Below are positions 36,811-48,812 of a DNA stretch of 64,000 nt, in pieces. The position numbers were made by a program, and so were the translations under genes. Source of the stretch: Octopus sinensis (lineage: Eukaryota); contig NC_043010.1 in NCBI RefSeq assembly GCF_006345805.1, positions 13,516,001-13,580,000 on the forward strand, in the 5' to 3' direction. Under the pieces are notes generated by a model. It saw nothing but the letters and a program-made list of their open reading frames with translations. It was not told the origin of the DNA and searched no databases. The stretch's first letter is position 1. The number at the start of each line of letters is the position of its first letter.

Positions 36811-36841
<31 letters not shown>

Positions 36842-36934
36842 TACACACACACATACATATATTTCCGTCTACCAAATTCACTAACAATATTTCGTGTTAA
36901 GAATAGCAACAGATTTTAGGATTGCAGGTTACAT

Positions 36935-37236
36935 GTGTTCCTTCTCGAGCCATGCCTGGCTCATAAGGGCCGGTTTCCCAGTTTCATTGGCGTATAGGTT
37001 CCCCACCTGGACGGGACGCCGGTCCGTCGCAGGTGAGCTGCAAGATGCAGGAGGAAAGAGTATGAGAAAGTTGTGGCGAAAGAGTCAGCAGACGTTTCGC
37101 CATTACCTTCTGCCGGAGCAGCGTGGAGCTTAGGTGTTTTCGCTCATAAACACACACATTGCCCAGTCTGAGATTCGAACCCACGATCCCTCGACCGCGA
37201 GTCCGCTGCTCTAACCACTAGGCCATGTGCCTCCAC
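36935..37236 (-). mobile_element. SINE body C with tail gamma
   Basis: Matches 19815-20112. Confidence 0.85.
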
Positions 37237-37317
37237 AGGCTACATGCGTAGAAGTTATTAGGTGTGGCTTAGCATTTAGTAGTGGTGTTGGTGTAAGATG
37301 TGTGCTTTGGCGTTGGT

Positions 37318-37551
37318 CGGTGAGCTGGCAGAAACGTTAGCACGCCGGGCGAAATGCTTAGCGGTATTTCGTCTGCGTTACGTTGTGAGTTCAAATTCCG
37401 CCGAGCTCGACTTTGCCTTTCATCCTTTCGGGGTCAATAAATTAAGTACCAGTTACGCACTGGGGTCGATGTAATCGACTTAATACCTATGTCTGTTCTT
37501 GTTTGTCCCTTCTGTGCTTAGCCCCTTGTGGGTAATAAAGAAATAGGTATT
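37318..37551 (+). mobile_element. SINE-B, tail 1, ending AAAGAAATAGGTATT
   Basis: Family alignment. Confidence 0.9.
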
Positions 37552-37680
37552 GTTTGTATGAATTGTGCATCTTGTCCCAGGCAAATGGGTGAAGTTACGG
37601 TCATTGCATATGCATAGTCTCTCACGTTGAGAATAGCAGCATGTCTTCGGGTTTCGTACGTTCATGATTTACTTTATTTA

Positions 37681-37780
37681 NNNNNNNNNNNNNNNNNNNN
37701 NNNNNNNNNNNNNNNNNNNNNNNNNNNNNNNNNNNNNNNNNNNNNNNNNNNNNNNNNNNNNNNNNNNNNNNNNNNNNNNN
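37681..37780. other. Assembly gap (100 N)
   Basis: Direct reading. Confidence 1.
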
Positions 37781-37954
37781 AGAGTTTTTCGGTGAACGGA
37801 TTATTTCGAAGAGGCTTTGACCACTAAAATCACCTGATTTAACACTGCCAGATTTTTTTTTTTTCCTGGAGAGCAAGCAAAGGATCATTGTACAAGAATC
37901 TCCCGAAGACCATTAAATACTTACTGCGGAGAGACATTTTTTTAATACCCTTTA

Positions 37955-38135
37955 TTCCACGTTGCTCCAGTCCACTTAACTGGTAAAAAAAAGAGTAGTA
38001 CCTGTATTTCAAAGGGGCCAGCCTTGTCACACTCTGTGTCCCGCTGAATCTCCCTGAGAACTACGTTAAGGGTACACGTAAATTTCCCGAGCAAGTTGTT
38101 CGGTTGATCGTATCAGCTGGGACCCTCGTCGTCGT
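37955..38135 (+). mobile_element. SINE body D / tail beta fragment
   Basis: GTTGCTCCAGTCCAC..GAGTAGTACCTGTATTTCAAAGGG..GGGACCCTCGTCGTCG. Confidence 0.65.
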
Positions 38136-38150
38136 ATGTATGTATGTATG

Positions 38151-38210
<60 letters not shown>

Positions 38211-38228
38211 TTGTGTGTGTGTGTGTGT

Positions 38229-38483
38229 ATCACGTGATCACGTGACTGACCAGACCATCAGATGTTGCTACACATCGCTAGTCACAATGCGTTCGCATTG
38301 TTTTAGCCTTCGAACGAGCAGGCCAACAGAAGAAAGTGGAGAAAGAGTGATGAAGAGTACAGCAGGGATCACCACCCCCTGCTGGAGCCTCAATAAAGGC
38401 TCAATAAACACACACAACGCCCAGTCTGGGAATCGAAACCGCGATCCTCCGACCGCTCTAACCACTGGGCCATTGCGCCTCCA
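38229..38483 (-). mobile_element. SINE body C with tail alpha (internal deletions)
   Basis: Matches 55092-55403. Confidence 0.8.
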
Positions 38484-38543
38484 CGTGTGTGTATATATAT
38501 ATATATATTATATATATATATACACATACATATATATACACAT

Positions 38544-38588
<45 letters not shown>

Positions 38589-39291
38589 TGTGTGTGTTGT
38601 CAATGTGCACCAGAAACATCCACTTCTTTTATGTTACTCAGAAGAAATTATAAAATCCACTCACACCTTATTTTGAAATGCCTTAATGTGAAAAAGATTC
38701 GTTTGTTACAACCGAAACGAAAAATTGCGGTGCCAAATAGACTCAAAGAAGACATTTTTTTAAGGGTAATTTCAAAACATATATTAGCAGAAATCAGTTT
38801 TTTTTTCTTGTTTTATATATATATATACACACACACATATATATATATATATACACACCACACACATATATATATATACACCACACACACATATATATAT
38901 ATATACACACCACACACACATATATATATATATATACACCACACACATATATATACCACACACACACACATATATACACACACACACACACATATATACA
39001 CACACACACACACATATATATACACACCACACATATATATACACACACACACATATATATACACACACATATACACACACACACACATACACACATATAT
39101 ATATTCGTGTCGCAAATATAGATATTAATCAAAACACATTAAGAATTTAATTCATAAAACAGTCCACTCGGCAAGAAAATAGTCAGAAATTACAAACCTA
39201 TCCAAATGAATATAAACATAAACATATAAATACACAAATAACAAGTGATGGTTCCTCATTTCCAGGGACAGATGAAAGTAAAAGTGCTTAC

Positions 39292-39317
39292 CTTGTCGAA
39301 AGTTAAGCCGAATTTTC
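39292..39317 (-). other. Candidate 26-nt micro-exon
   Basis: TAATAATTCCATTTTCTAG|GAAAATTCGGCTTAACTTTCGACAAG|GTAAGC. Confidence 0.35.
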
Positions 39318-39746
39318 CTAGAAAATGGAATTATTAAGGATCGAGTGCTGATGTAGAAAATTAAATGAATTAACGAAGAATTCAAATAATTTCCGCAATG
39401 AACAGTAGATTGCATAATAACATAAAAACATCCTGTTTGCCATTTTCATTCTGTAATATGTATTTATTTGTTTTATTTAGTATCATGCATTTCCGTCAAT
39501 TCGGACAGCTACTCGACACTTCCTATATCGACATCCGTTGTAAAAAAAAATTATACACTTTTGATTAAATACATGTAATAAACCATTTGAATCCTTTACA
39601 AGACAAAATATCTAAACATATTTAACTGAAATTTTTTTTTATCTACTAATAACCAGCATGGTATGCTGCCAAAACATTCACAACTACTCAAGTACAATCT
39701 TGATTAGACGCTTCAACAAAATAGATATTATTAGCCATGATAATAT

Positions 39747-40145
39747 AGGCGCAGGAGTGGCTGTGTGGTAAGTTGCTTGTTTACCAACCACATGGCTCCG
39801 GGTACCTTGGGCAAGTGTCTTCTACTATGGCCTCGGGCCGACCAAAGCCTTGTGAGTGGATTTGGTAGACGGAAACTGAAAGAAGCCCGTCGTATATATG
39901 TATATGTATATATGTAAGTGTGTGTTTGTGTGTCTGTGTTTGTCCCCCTAGCATTGCTTGACAATCGATGCTGGTGTGTTTATGTCCCCGTTACTTAGCG
40001 GTTCGGCAAAAGAGACCGATAGAATAAGTACTGGGCTTGCAAAAGAATAAGTCCCGGGGTCGAGTTGCTCGATTAAAGGCGGTGCTCCAGCATGGCCGCA
40101 GTCAAATGACTGAAACAAGTAAAAGAGTATAAAAGAGTAAAAGGG
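39747..40145 (+). mobile_element. SINE-A with B-box deletion
   Basis: CCGGGTACCTTGGG junction removes TTCAGTCCCACTGCGTGG. Confidence 0.88.
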
Positions 40146-40146
40146 T

Positions 40147-41233
40147 ATAATAATAATAATAATAATTAATTCTTTTATTGGCCACAAAGGGCTGACAAAA
40201 ATTAATTATAACATAAAGGGACAAAACACAGGACGAAAGGTTACAAAGGGTTTTGTCCGTTTGTAAAAATCCGTGTAAAAAACAGTATAACAACGAAAAT
40301 ATTTAACAATGAAAAACTCCCAATAGGGGGAGGTGCTTCGAAAGGTTCCTGGTGGAAAGACCCATAAAAGCCACGGGAGCCTGGTCAAAAGTGGGGTAGA
40401 GAGCCCCTTTCTCCTTTTGTAATACCTTTTTCTTACAAGTTTATTCTCAGAATGGGTCCTTTCATACTGGCCATTCTTTCGACATTTATCCACCTTTCAA
40501 TAAATTTGCCACGAGACAGCACTTCCCTCTCTACTCTCATCTTCCTTTTCAAGTGAAACTTGAAAAAGTTGATGAGGCCTTGGCCAAAGAGGAAAGTGTC
40601 TGACCTTAGCCCTTTCAAACGGGTCCACCATACAATCTCTTTCGCCACAGCCACTAAGCACAGGAAAACGGCCTCGCCCTCCTTGTTAAAGGAGGTCGGC
40701 GAGGAAATCTTCACTATGGATTCAGCTGATAGCCGGATCCGTCCTATATGCGACAGTAGCTGTTCGACATAAACCCATAGTTCAGCAATACTCGGACACT
40801 GGACGAGTGTATGCAGAACGGTTTCGCCGTCCTGGCAGCACCTCGGGCAGGTCCGGCTGACGGCACTTCCGTGCCGGTAGAGTTTATCCCGAACAGGCAG
40901 TGCCCCTCGGTAGCACTGCCAGGCGAGCGACCTCTGGAAATTATCCATTGGCCCCGGCCCGAAAGTCCTTCCGAACAGACCGCTCAACTCGATATCGTCA
41001 ACGCCTAGAGTTTCCCCGAGAACGTCGTCGCACTTTTCTTCCACTAGAGTGGAACTACGACCGAACGCATTGCCCGCTTGGTGGAGGGCAGAGAGAGCTT
41101 GACGGCACTCGAGGTGCCAAGTGCCCTTTCTCGGTCTGCGTTTGATCCAGGTTTGCAGCTCTGTCAAAGAGACGAGCTGCGGAAAGTCGCGTCCGACAAA
41201 AGACGACCACACCTGTTCAACGTCCAGGAAGCA
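40147..41233 (-). mobile_element. Tx1/L1-clade LINE 3' portion, stop-free ORF2 C-terminus
   Basis: ALPVRDKL..CPRCCQDGETVLHTLVQC zinc motif; 3' UTR ending AATAAAAGAATT(ATT)n. Confidence 0.85.
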
Positions 41234-41620
41234 AATAATAATAATAATAAATTCTTTTATTAGCCACAAGGGGATTCACATAAAATAACATTAAAAGCCA
41301 TGCAACAACACAAAAGACAAAAACAGGACGATAGAGAGGGATTTTTCAGCGTGTAAACCATATAAATAGCGGCTAAAAATTAAACAAATTAAACTCCCAA
41401 TAGGGGGGGTGGGCGTTTTAAAGTCCTCGTGGAAAAATCCACAAAAGCCACGGGTGCCTGAACAACAGGACAAGAGCCCGTCTCCCTTTCTTTTTACGGG
41501 TGCATGCTCAGAACTGGTTCTTTCACAGTGGCCATTCATCTGTAACGGGAACTCGTTGCTTCTTACACTTTTGGGGTGCAACTCAGGTGCAACACAATTT
41601 CCGTTCTTTAATTTCCAGAA
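41234..41620 (-). mobile_element. Second related Tx1-like 3' end stacked on the first
   Basis: 3' UTR homologous to 40160-40450; same (ATT)n tail. Confidence 0.75.
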
Positions 41621-41849
41621 TCTACCAGTCAAAGAACACGAAGGCAACCTTAAATATATATATATTCTTTATTTTCTTATTCACAGAAAGAAGTAAGGTG
41701 GTATATTGGTATCCACTTGGTTCTGGTGTGGCAAGGCTGAACTTTAACACTTGTAAGAATCTTACAACAAGTTCAGCAGCAAAACAGAGCAGGTCAGATC
41801 TTAGCGTCCAGAGACAGCGGAGAAAATAGGTCTGCCACAATCTCGTATG

Positions 41850-42240
41850 AAGGCCTTCTGCTGCTGCTGCTATGCGTGTCTCTCTGTGCCCTTGTTAAGG
41901 GAACGCTGTCCCTCGCCTATCAGCTAATGCCACATCAGCAATTCCTTCTTCAGTCTTCGCGCATGTCCGAGGGGGCACTTCCCTTCTGCCTTTCCAGAAG
42001 GCTCCAACCCCGCACACGCACACTGAAGAAGGACGTTCCGCACCCGCACACTGAAAATGACGTTGCGCGCGCGCACTGTTGTATAACGTCACTACACATC
42101 CAACATTCACCCACCTTTCAACAAACTTGCCTCAACAAACTCCACCCTCAACTTCCTTTTCAAGTGAAACTTGAAAACGTTGATGGGGGCTTGCCCAACG
42201 AAGAAAGTGTCTGACTTTAGCCCTTTCAAACGGATCCACC
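41850..42240 (-). mobile_element. Third Tx1-like C-terminal fragment
   Basis: LKGLKSDTFFVGQAPINVFKFHLKRKLRV matches the 40433 ORF. Confidence 0.7.
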
Positions 42241-42244
42241 ATTC

Positions 42245-42785
42245 TACAATAATAACGGTTGTAAAGACATAACTGAAGACATCCGCAGAAAGAAGGGTCT
42301 AAGTATGGCCTGGATCGATTACCGAAAGGCTTTTGATAGCATTCCCCACACATGGATCCTAGAAACACTAACCATGAACAAAGTAGCACCAATAATCATA
42401 GAATATACAAAACATTCCATGAATAAATGGTAGCCGGTGCTACAGCTCCAGACAAAACAGGGACTCGTAAAAACCAAAGCCATCCCCATTAGAAGAGGAA
42501 TATTCTAGGGATACTCGCTCTCTCCACCCTTTTTCTGTTTGGCTCTGACACCTTTATCTGACATGCTAAACGGAGCTGGATGCGGATACAACTGTTACGA
42601 CTAAACAATCAGTTACCTTTTATATATGGATGACCTAAAACTGTACGCTACAAATGATAAACAGCTGGAAACATTACTACAGATAGTACATGGATTTACC
42701 AAAGAAATAAACACGAAACTTGGCTTAGAAAATTGTGCCAAAGCAACCTTGAAAAGAGGAAAACTGGTTCAGAGTAGCAACATCT
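42245..42785 (+). pseudogene. R4/Dong-like RT fragment
   Basis: WIDYRKAFDSIPH, IRRGIF*GYSLSP, LLYMDDLKLYA, CAK. Confidence 0.8.
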
Positions 42786-42786
42786 G

Positions 42787-43375
42787 TTCCCAGGACTCCG
42801 ACAATTATTGGTACTGCTGTCACCTTTTTCATCGACCACAGCTGCTTAACTTCCCAAGCTAACCTCTCATATCTCTCAACTTTTCTTCCTTATCGTATAC
42901 CTTCTTGCCAGCTGGGCATGCTATATCTATGATCCAGCGTAGATTGTTTTCTTTTTTCAATTAAGACTATGTCTGGCTTCCTGTTCTCATGGTCGCACTG
43001 AATCATAAAATACCATAGGATCTTTGCATTTCTATTTTCGACGATGCCTTCAGGTTTGTGGTCGAACCAGTTTTTTGCTGCTCTGTCAAGTCCATACTTG
43101 TTGCAAAGTGTCCAGTGGACAAGTCTGGCTATATTGTCGTGACATCTCTTATATTCCTTCTGGGCTAGTGGCGTACATTGGCTGGTAATATGCCATACGG
43201 TTTCACCGTTTTGTCCACAGATTCTGCACTTATCACTTTCTGCTGTGTTGCCTATTCTGTATTTTATGTAGTTTGTTCTTAGTGCTTGATCTTGGGCAGC
43301 ACAGATCAGAGTCTCCGTTTCCGGTTTTAAATCACTTTTAGTTATTCAAAGACAGTGGAGTTCCTCGATTATTCC
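42787..43375 (-). pseudogene. R4/Dong-like CCHC plus restriction-like endonuclease fragment
   Basis: ETETLICAAQDQALRT, CRICGQNGETVWHITSQC, RKPDIVLI, VPIIVGVLG. Confidence 0.8.
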
Positions 43376-43439
43376 TAGAGGCTTTCCTGTATCAAGGGGG
43401 GCACATCTCTATCATCTTCCCCGCCATTTTTCTAGATTT

Positions 43440-43630
43440 TATTTTTTTATCATTTTTTATTCACCTTTGTATGCTATGCATATATTTCTTCTTTTTCAGT
43501 GTATACCATGTATACTTACCTTTTTTTTATCATTACATTATTATACGTAATCCCCCACACTTTATGTCTGTCTCTGTATTGTCCCCGTCGTCCTTCGCCC
43601 TTGTGGCAAATAAATGAAATCATTATTACT
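43440..43630 (+). mobile_element. Tx1-like 3' UTR/tail fragment
   Basis: TGTCTGTCTCTGTATTGTCCCC..CCCTTGTGGCAAATAAATGAAAT resembles the 47711-47767 tail. Confidence 0.5.
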
Positions 43631-43692
43631 AAAATTATTAATTTTTGCACACAACGAGCAATTTTGAGGGGAGGGTCTCAGTTGATGACATC

Positions 43693-43925
43693 GTTTAGCA
43701 TGTCAGATAAAGGTATCAGTACCAAACAGAAAAGGGGTGGAGAGAGCGAGTATCCCTAGAATATTCCTCTTCTAATGGGGATGGCTTTGGTTTTTATGAG
43801 TCCCTGTTTTGTCTGGAGCTGTAGCACCGGCTACCATTTATTCATGGAATGTTTTGTATATTCTATGATTATTGGTGCTACTTTGTTCATGGTTAGTGTT
43901 TCTAGGATCCGTGTGTGGGGAATAC
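43693..43925 (-). repeat. Inverted duplicate of RT segment 42342-42572
   Basis: Near-identical and carries the same two nonsense codons. Confidence 0.92.
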
Positions 43926-44259
43926 CTAGATTGGTGTTTTATTTTATCAACCCCAAAAGGATGAAAGACAAGGTTGGTTTCGACAGGGTAATTTCCCCGT
44001 GGCCTAGAAATACTGTGTCGGCCTCCGACGGAGCGACAGGGGTCTCGATAAAAACACTGATGATTGCGCTGTTTTACACCGGTGGTAATCTCAAGAATGA
44101 ATGGAACATAAAATGAAAACTCTTCAAATAATGGTGAATACAGAACTAGAAGCAACAGCGAAAGTGTCACGCCTGGCAGAAGTAATGCGGAAAAGGCCGG
44201 CATCTTGGTGCCATCACCCTGCGACTGCCAAAGTAAGCGGAAGAACAGACATGCCAAAA

Positions 44260-44470
44260 GAACTAAACTAGTTGGTGATGAAGTGCTATGCTATACTGGC
44301 ACACCGTTGGTTACAACGACGAGGGTTCCGGTTGATCCGATGAATGGAACAGTTTGTTCCTGAAATTAGGGTGCAAGTGGCTGAGAACCCCACAAACACG
44401 TGTAACCTTAACGTGTTTTTAGGGAAATTCAGCGTCACGGAGAATCCGACAAGGCTGGCCCCTTGAAAGA
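44260..44470 (-). mobile_element. SINE tail beta fragment
   Basis: GGTTACAACGACGAGGGTTCCGGTTGATCC. Confidence 0.65.
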
Positions 44471-44545
44471 AAGCTCACCTATTGATAGGTGTTGCAGTAG
44501 TATGTCCTTTTAATATCAAATTAACTGAAAAGGAAGCAGATAAGA

Positions 44546-44944
44546 CTAGCAGTATCGTCCGGCGTTGCTCGGGTTTGTAAGGGAAATAACTATATAAGCA
44601 TTTTTAGAGATGTAAAGTATAATAGCCATCTCAATATGGCTAAACACAAGGGGGGGTGTTACTGTAGCTTTTTACGTTCTGAGATTTAATAATACATTTT
44701 TAGAGAGTTACTTCCCTTATATAATAGCAAAAAAAATGCATTAAAAATGGGAAAAAATTATGGTAATTCTTTTTTTAAATTGTAGACTCATCGTAGACGC
44801 GCGCTAATACCCAGAAGGGCTCGGTATGAATCACGACTATAAGATACCCGCTTTTGGTTACACTGCACCGCAAAATGTAGGAGTAGTTAGGAATCTAAAT
44901 CGTAGGAGACAGACAGCACACAACCTCACTTTTATATATAAAGA
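44546..44944 (-). mobile_element. Non-autonomous Helitron
   Basis: A|TCTTTATATATAAAA 5' end; CCCGAGCAACGCCGGA hairpin and CTAG|T 3' end. Confidence 0.88.
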
Positions 44945-45930
44945 TTAGTGGATACCAGTACTTTCGGGTTTAGGCTGCAAGAATGTAGTACCGCAGCAAA
45001 GTCTGAGTCATTCTTATCATAGAAGGATCACTTGGTACAGCGAGATCAGCAGATGAGTGGATAAAATTGGAATTGAAATCAAAACATCACTGCTTCAAAA
45101 AAAAACTTGTTTCTTAGGGACGGGGAGAATCATACGGTTATCTGAGGTCACAGGAAGTGACCTGATACCAAGAAAATTGACCGGCTAAATTGTATTTAAA
45201 AACCTGTGATAAGGAAGATAACAACAGCAGAAATACTATTGTAGATATTCTGAACGTCCGTTTTGAATTCAAATGGCAATCTCCTGAACAGATACGAATC
45301 AGGCTAAATTAATTAGCAAAGGATATTATCCTAAGCTTGGCGACAGGCTTCTTCAATTTCGAGACATGCTGTTACCAAGCCCCAAATTAGTATGTAATAG
45401 CTTTTGTTGAATAATACTTGTACATTGTTTTGTAATGTTATATAAATTGTTTTGTTTTGGTGTAAAAGATGGGCTACAGTAAATATTCTGCTCAGTACCA
45501 CAGATTTGCTTGTCAGTTGTTTGACCTTAACCAGTTGAGCATGTCCCTTAGTGGCCGACGATATGTGCATCTCTGATCACGAGCAGAAGTAGTTGGGGAG
45601 CATTACAGCCATGTGTTGAGAGAAATTCACCTCTGGAAACATGGGTGTTTCGTTCATCATCTTTAAACAATCCTTATTCAGGCAGCTTTTGTGCGGAATG
45701 GGTTACTCGACCTGAAGAAAATTCTAACTGGGCCCTACCTGCAAGGTCATGTGCTGTTAATCTTAATAATCTTTAAATGAGATCACCATGTCACGCAAAT
45801 ATGGTTGTGGTGCATGTACCTGGTGTACCCTTATCAGACGGGTGGTCATGGTGGGTAAAGTGGATTTCGTATATTTTACCCCAGTGTCACTTTGATAGCA
45901 TGTACTTCTCTCTCAATAATAATAATAATC

Positions 45931-46250
45931 ATTTCTATTAAAGGCCCAAAACCTGAAATTTTGGGGAAGGGACTAGTCAATTACATCAGCTCCAGTGTTT
46001 CACTGGTACTTAATATATCGACCCCGGAAGGCAAAATCGACCTCCGCGGAATTTGAACTCAGAACGTAAAAACGGACGAAATACTGCTAAGCATTTTGAC
46101 CGACGTGCTTAAGGATTCTACCAGCTCGCCGACAATCCTGAAATCTTGGGGAGGGAGATAGTCGATTACATCAACTGGTACTTATTTTATCAACCCCTTA
46201 AAGGATGAAAGGCAAAGTTGACCTCGGCAAAATTTGAACTCGGAACGTTG
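45931..46250 (-). mobile_element. Two diverged SINE-B fragments, tail 2
   Basis: GGAATTTGAACTCAGAACG and GATGAAAGGCAAAGTTGACC motifs. Confidence 0.65.
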
Positions 46251-46680
46251 ACAGCCGTAGCAAATAAGAATTATGTCATATCTTATTGCCTCTCATACTG
46301 GTCTTGTATTACGTAAGTTCTTGGGCGCTTACAACAGCTGACTGTTTGTGAATAAACTTCATTCTCAATTTTTCTATATAAAAATAGTGAGTCGAGACAT
46401 TTCAGTAAAGTATTTGATGAATTTATCTTTTATGTATATACAGAAAGAAATATTTGCTTCAGACAGAGACATTAATGTTTATTCTCGACACTGAACCTTT
46501 TATCATTAGATCCCCGTCGTTATTTGAAATATGAATGGCACGGACATAGAAATAAGAGGAACAACTGTTGTATTACGTGATAAAAATACATTAGCATATT
46601 TATTTCAGTGTTACATAGACAAGCTCTTATAAAGAGGACATTTATGCAGCTTATGAATATATTAACACTGAAATTCATAC

Positions 46681-46818
46681 CCATGAAATTTGGGTTAATC
46701 CTACGTGCATTAAATCACGTTCGATCAGCGAATCGCGTAACTTTTTTCTGAGAGCAATTTTTGCATCTGAACTTCTGGTGAAAACAGTCTTTGGGCTTCC
46801 AATATAAAATAAATAAAA
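46681..46818 (-). other. Candidate phase-0 exon (46 codons)
   Basis: ATTTATACAG|FYLFYIGSPKTVFTRSSDAKIALRKKLRDSLIERDLMHVGLTQISW|GTATGA; alternative acceptor at 46775. Confidence 0.25.
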
Positions 46819-47699
46819 CTGTATAAATCGAGAGATTTGACCGAGAAAAAGGCAACCATTTAGAAAGAAAACAGAACGGAGCTGCCGACTCAATATTTTT
46901 AAATCTCCGTCAAGCAGAAAATAACCCATTAAGTTTGCTTTCAAATTCGTATAGCGTAAGTTATATAGATTTTTATCATATAAATCGCTTTATTAATCAA
47001 ATTTAACGGTAGTTGGTTTTATAAATTATGTACGAAGCGTAGTTTACAAAAGAGTGAATTTCATTAGTTTCGGAAAAGTTGATCTGAAAGACGAGCGGCC
47101 TCTCAGTTGTCAAAAGGTTCATAAAACCGCAAGTGTAAAAAGGTTCACGAAAAATACAATTTCAAAATTAAATTAATTATAGTTCCACTGAGTGTCACTT
47201 TGGGGGCAAATGTCTTCTACCTTATAGCGCTGGGATAATCAACGGCATGAGAGCGAATATTCTTGACGGAAACTGTGTGGAAGCCCATCTTATATTCGCG
47301 CGCGCGCGTGTGTGTGTGTGTATCTTGCAGGCATGAAGTGGATTCGATCCTAGATAGCTAAATTTAAATTCAACAAAACTTTTCTCACGGTGGAACAATG
47401 GTTTTTCAGTGACAGCAGTTTAACATATACCAGATGCCTTTAGCTAGGCCGAAATAATATCTTCACCACTTGACCCTTTCTCACCTCTTCTACTTCACTA
47501 AAAGCTAGAATTAAGAAAATAAGTACCACCAACGAAATCTTATTGTTCTCACCGATATGCCTATCCATCTGGATAGTTCTAAAAGCAAGAACCCCAAGCA
47601 GTTAGTCACTCGGTAACAACTCGTGAGTTGAGAGAGAGCTAACATCAGTTAGTGAGCCGACCACTAGCAGGCATACAAGCGGCCAGAGGGAAAAAGAAA

Positions 47700-48455
47700 G
47701 TTTACAGTCAATTTCTTTATTCGCCATAAGGTTGAGAAAAAGAGGGGACGATACGAGGACAGACAAAACAAACGTTGGGGTCTGGGGATCGAATGAGACG
47801 AACGTATGAATAAACAAACAATTAAAATATATACAATTAAATAAGAATGAGTGATTTACAAAAAATGAAGCGGAGGACGCAGTCGACCCCACAAACCACA
47901 TACTCACACTGAAGACTTTGCTTTCTCCTTTTTATATTTTCGTTTAAACAGGTTCTTTCACTCGCAACATACTTGCTATAGACTTCCATCTTTTACGAAA
48001 CACACTTTGCGACAGGCATTTCTTCTCCAGCCTTATTTTCCGTTTCATGTGGAAAACGAAAAAGTCGATTAGCTCGAGACTGGAGATGAACATGCCTGTT
48101 GCAATTCCTTTCACTCTCGTCTTCCATACTACCTCTTTCGCAACCGCAACTACCGAGAGAAAACAGGCTCGCTCCTCCCTACTCAGGGAGGTCAGCGGAA
48201 CGATCTTAATTACAGATTCGCTCGACAGTTGTACTCTTCTCGAATGCGACAGCAGGTGTTCGACATAAGCCCAGAGCTCAGTCACCTTGGGGCATTGCAC
48301 AATCGCGTGCAGGACAGTTTCACTGACTGTCCTGCTCGCATCTTGCACAAACCGGCGAAGGCGCACACCCATGTCTAAAGAGCTTATCTCGAACCGGTAA
48401 AGCTCCTCTGTAAAATTGCCAGTGCGACAATATGATACAACTTTCCACACCCTCT
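47700..48455 (-). mobile_element. Fourth Tx1/L1-like 3' portion
   Basis: ETVLHAIVQCP..LWAYVEHLL..VVAVAKEVVW homologous to the 40433 ORF; 3' UTR to AATAAAGAAAT. Confidence 0.82.
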
Positions 48456-48812
48456 ACTTTCACTTTCTCTTCTCTGCACATTACTATATCTCACTCTATG
48501 GATTACTACTACAATAAGAATATACAGGCCGAAATTAACCTTTGTTTCTTCGCATGCACTAGGATTTTATCACCTGCCCTCGAGACAAGGTATTGTTTAA
48601 TGTAACGGTAAAATAAATATTTTCTTCACAACTTCAATCACTGTTCTTTCGTCTTTACATAATAGCAATCAACAAAGAACCAATCCTTACAAACAGATTA
48701 CATTTTATCCTACTGTGTATCAATTATCGTTTTTCATACTATTGCTTACAAATTAATTTCAACCGTAAAAAAAAAATTAATCTTCAACGTCATATATATA
48801 TATATATATATA

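Noticed and set aside
766-39132. Many track ORFs rich in YI/HT/CV/MY, poly-H, poly-V or E/R/K
   Set aside because: They are translations of TA, TG, TACA, GAT, GTA and GA microsatellites, not genes.
40433-41269. 278-aa ORF start MWLIKEFIIIII as a real N-terminus
   Set aside because: The first codons are the (ATT)n tail of the adjacent second LINE; the ORF is a truncated ORF2 end.
42245-43375. Twin priming as cause of the R4 inversion
   Set aside because: Junction is tail-to-tail and a duplicate shares post-insertion stops.
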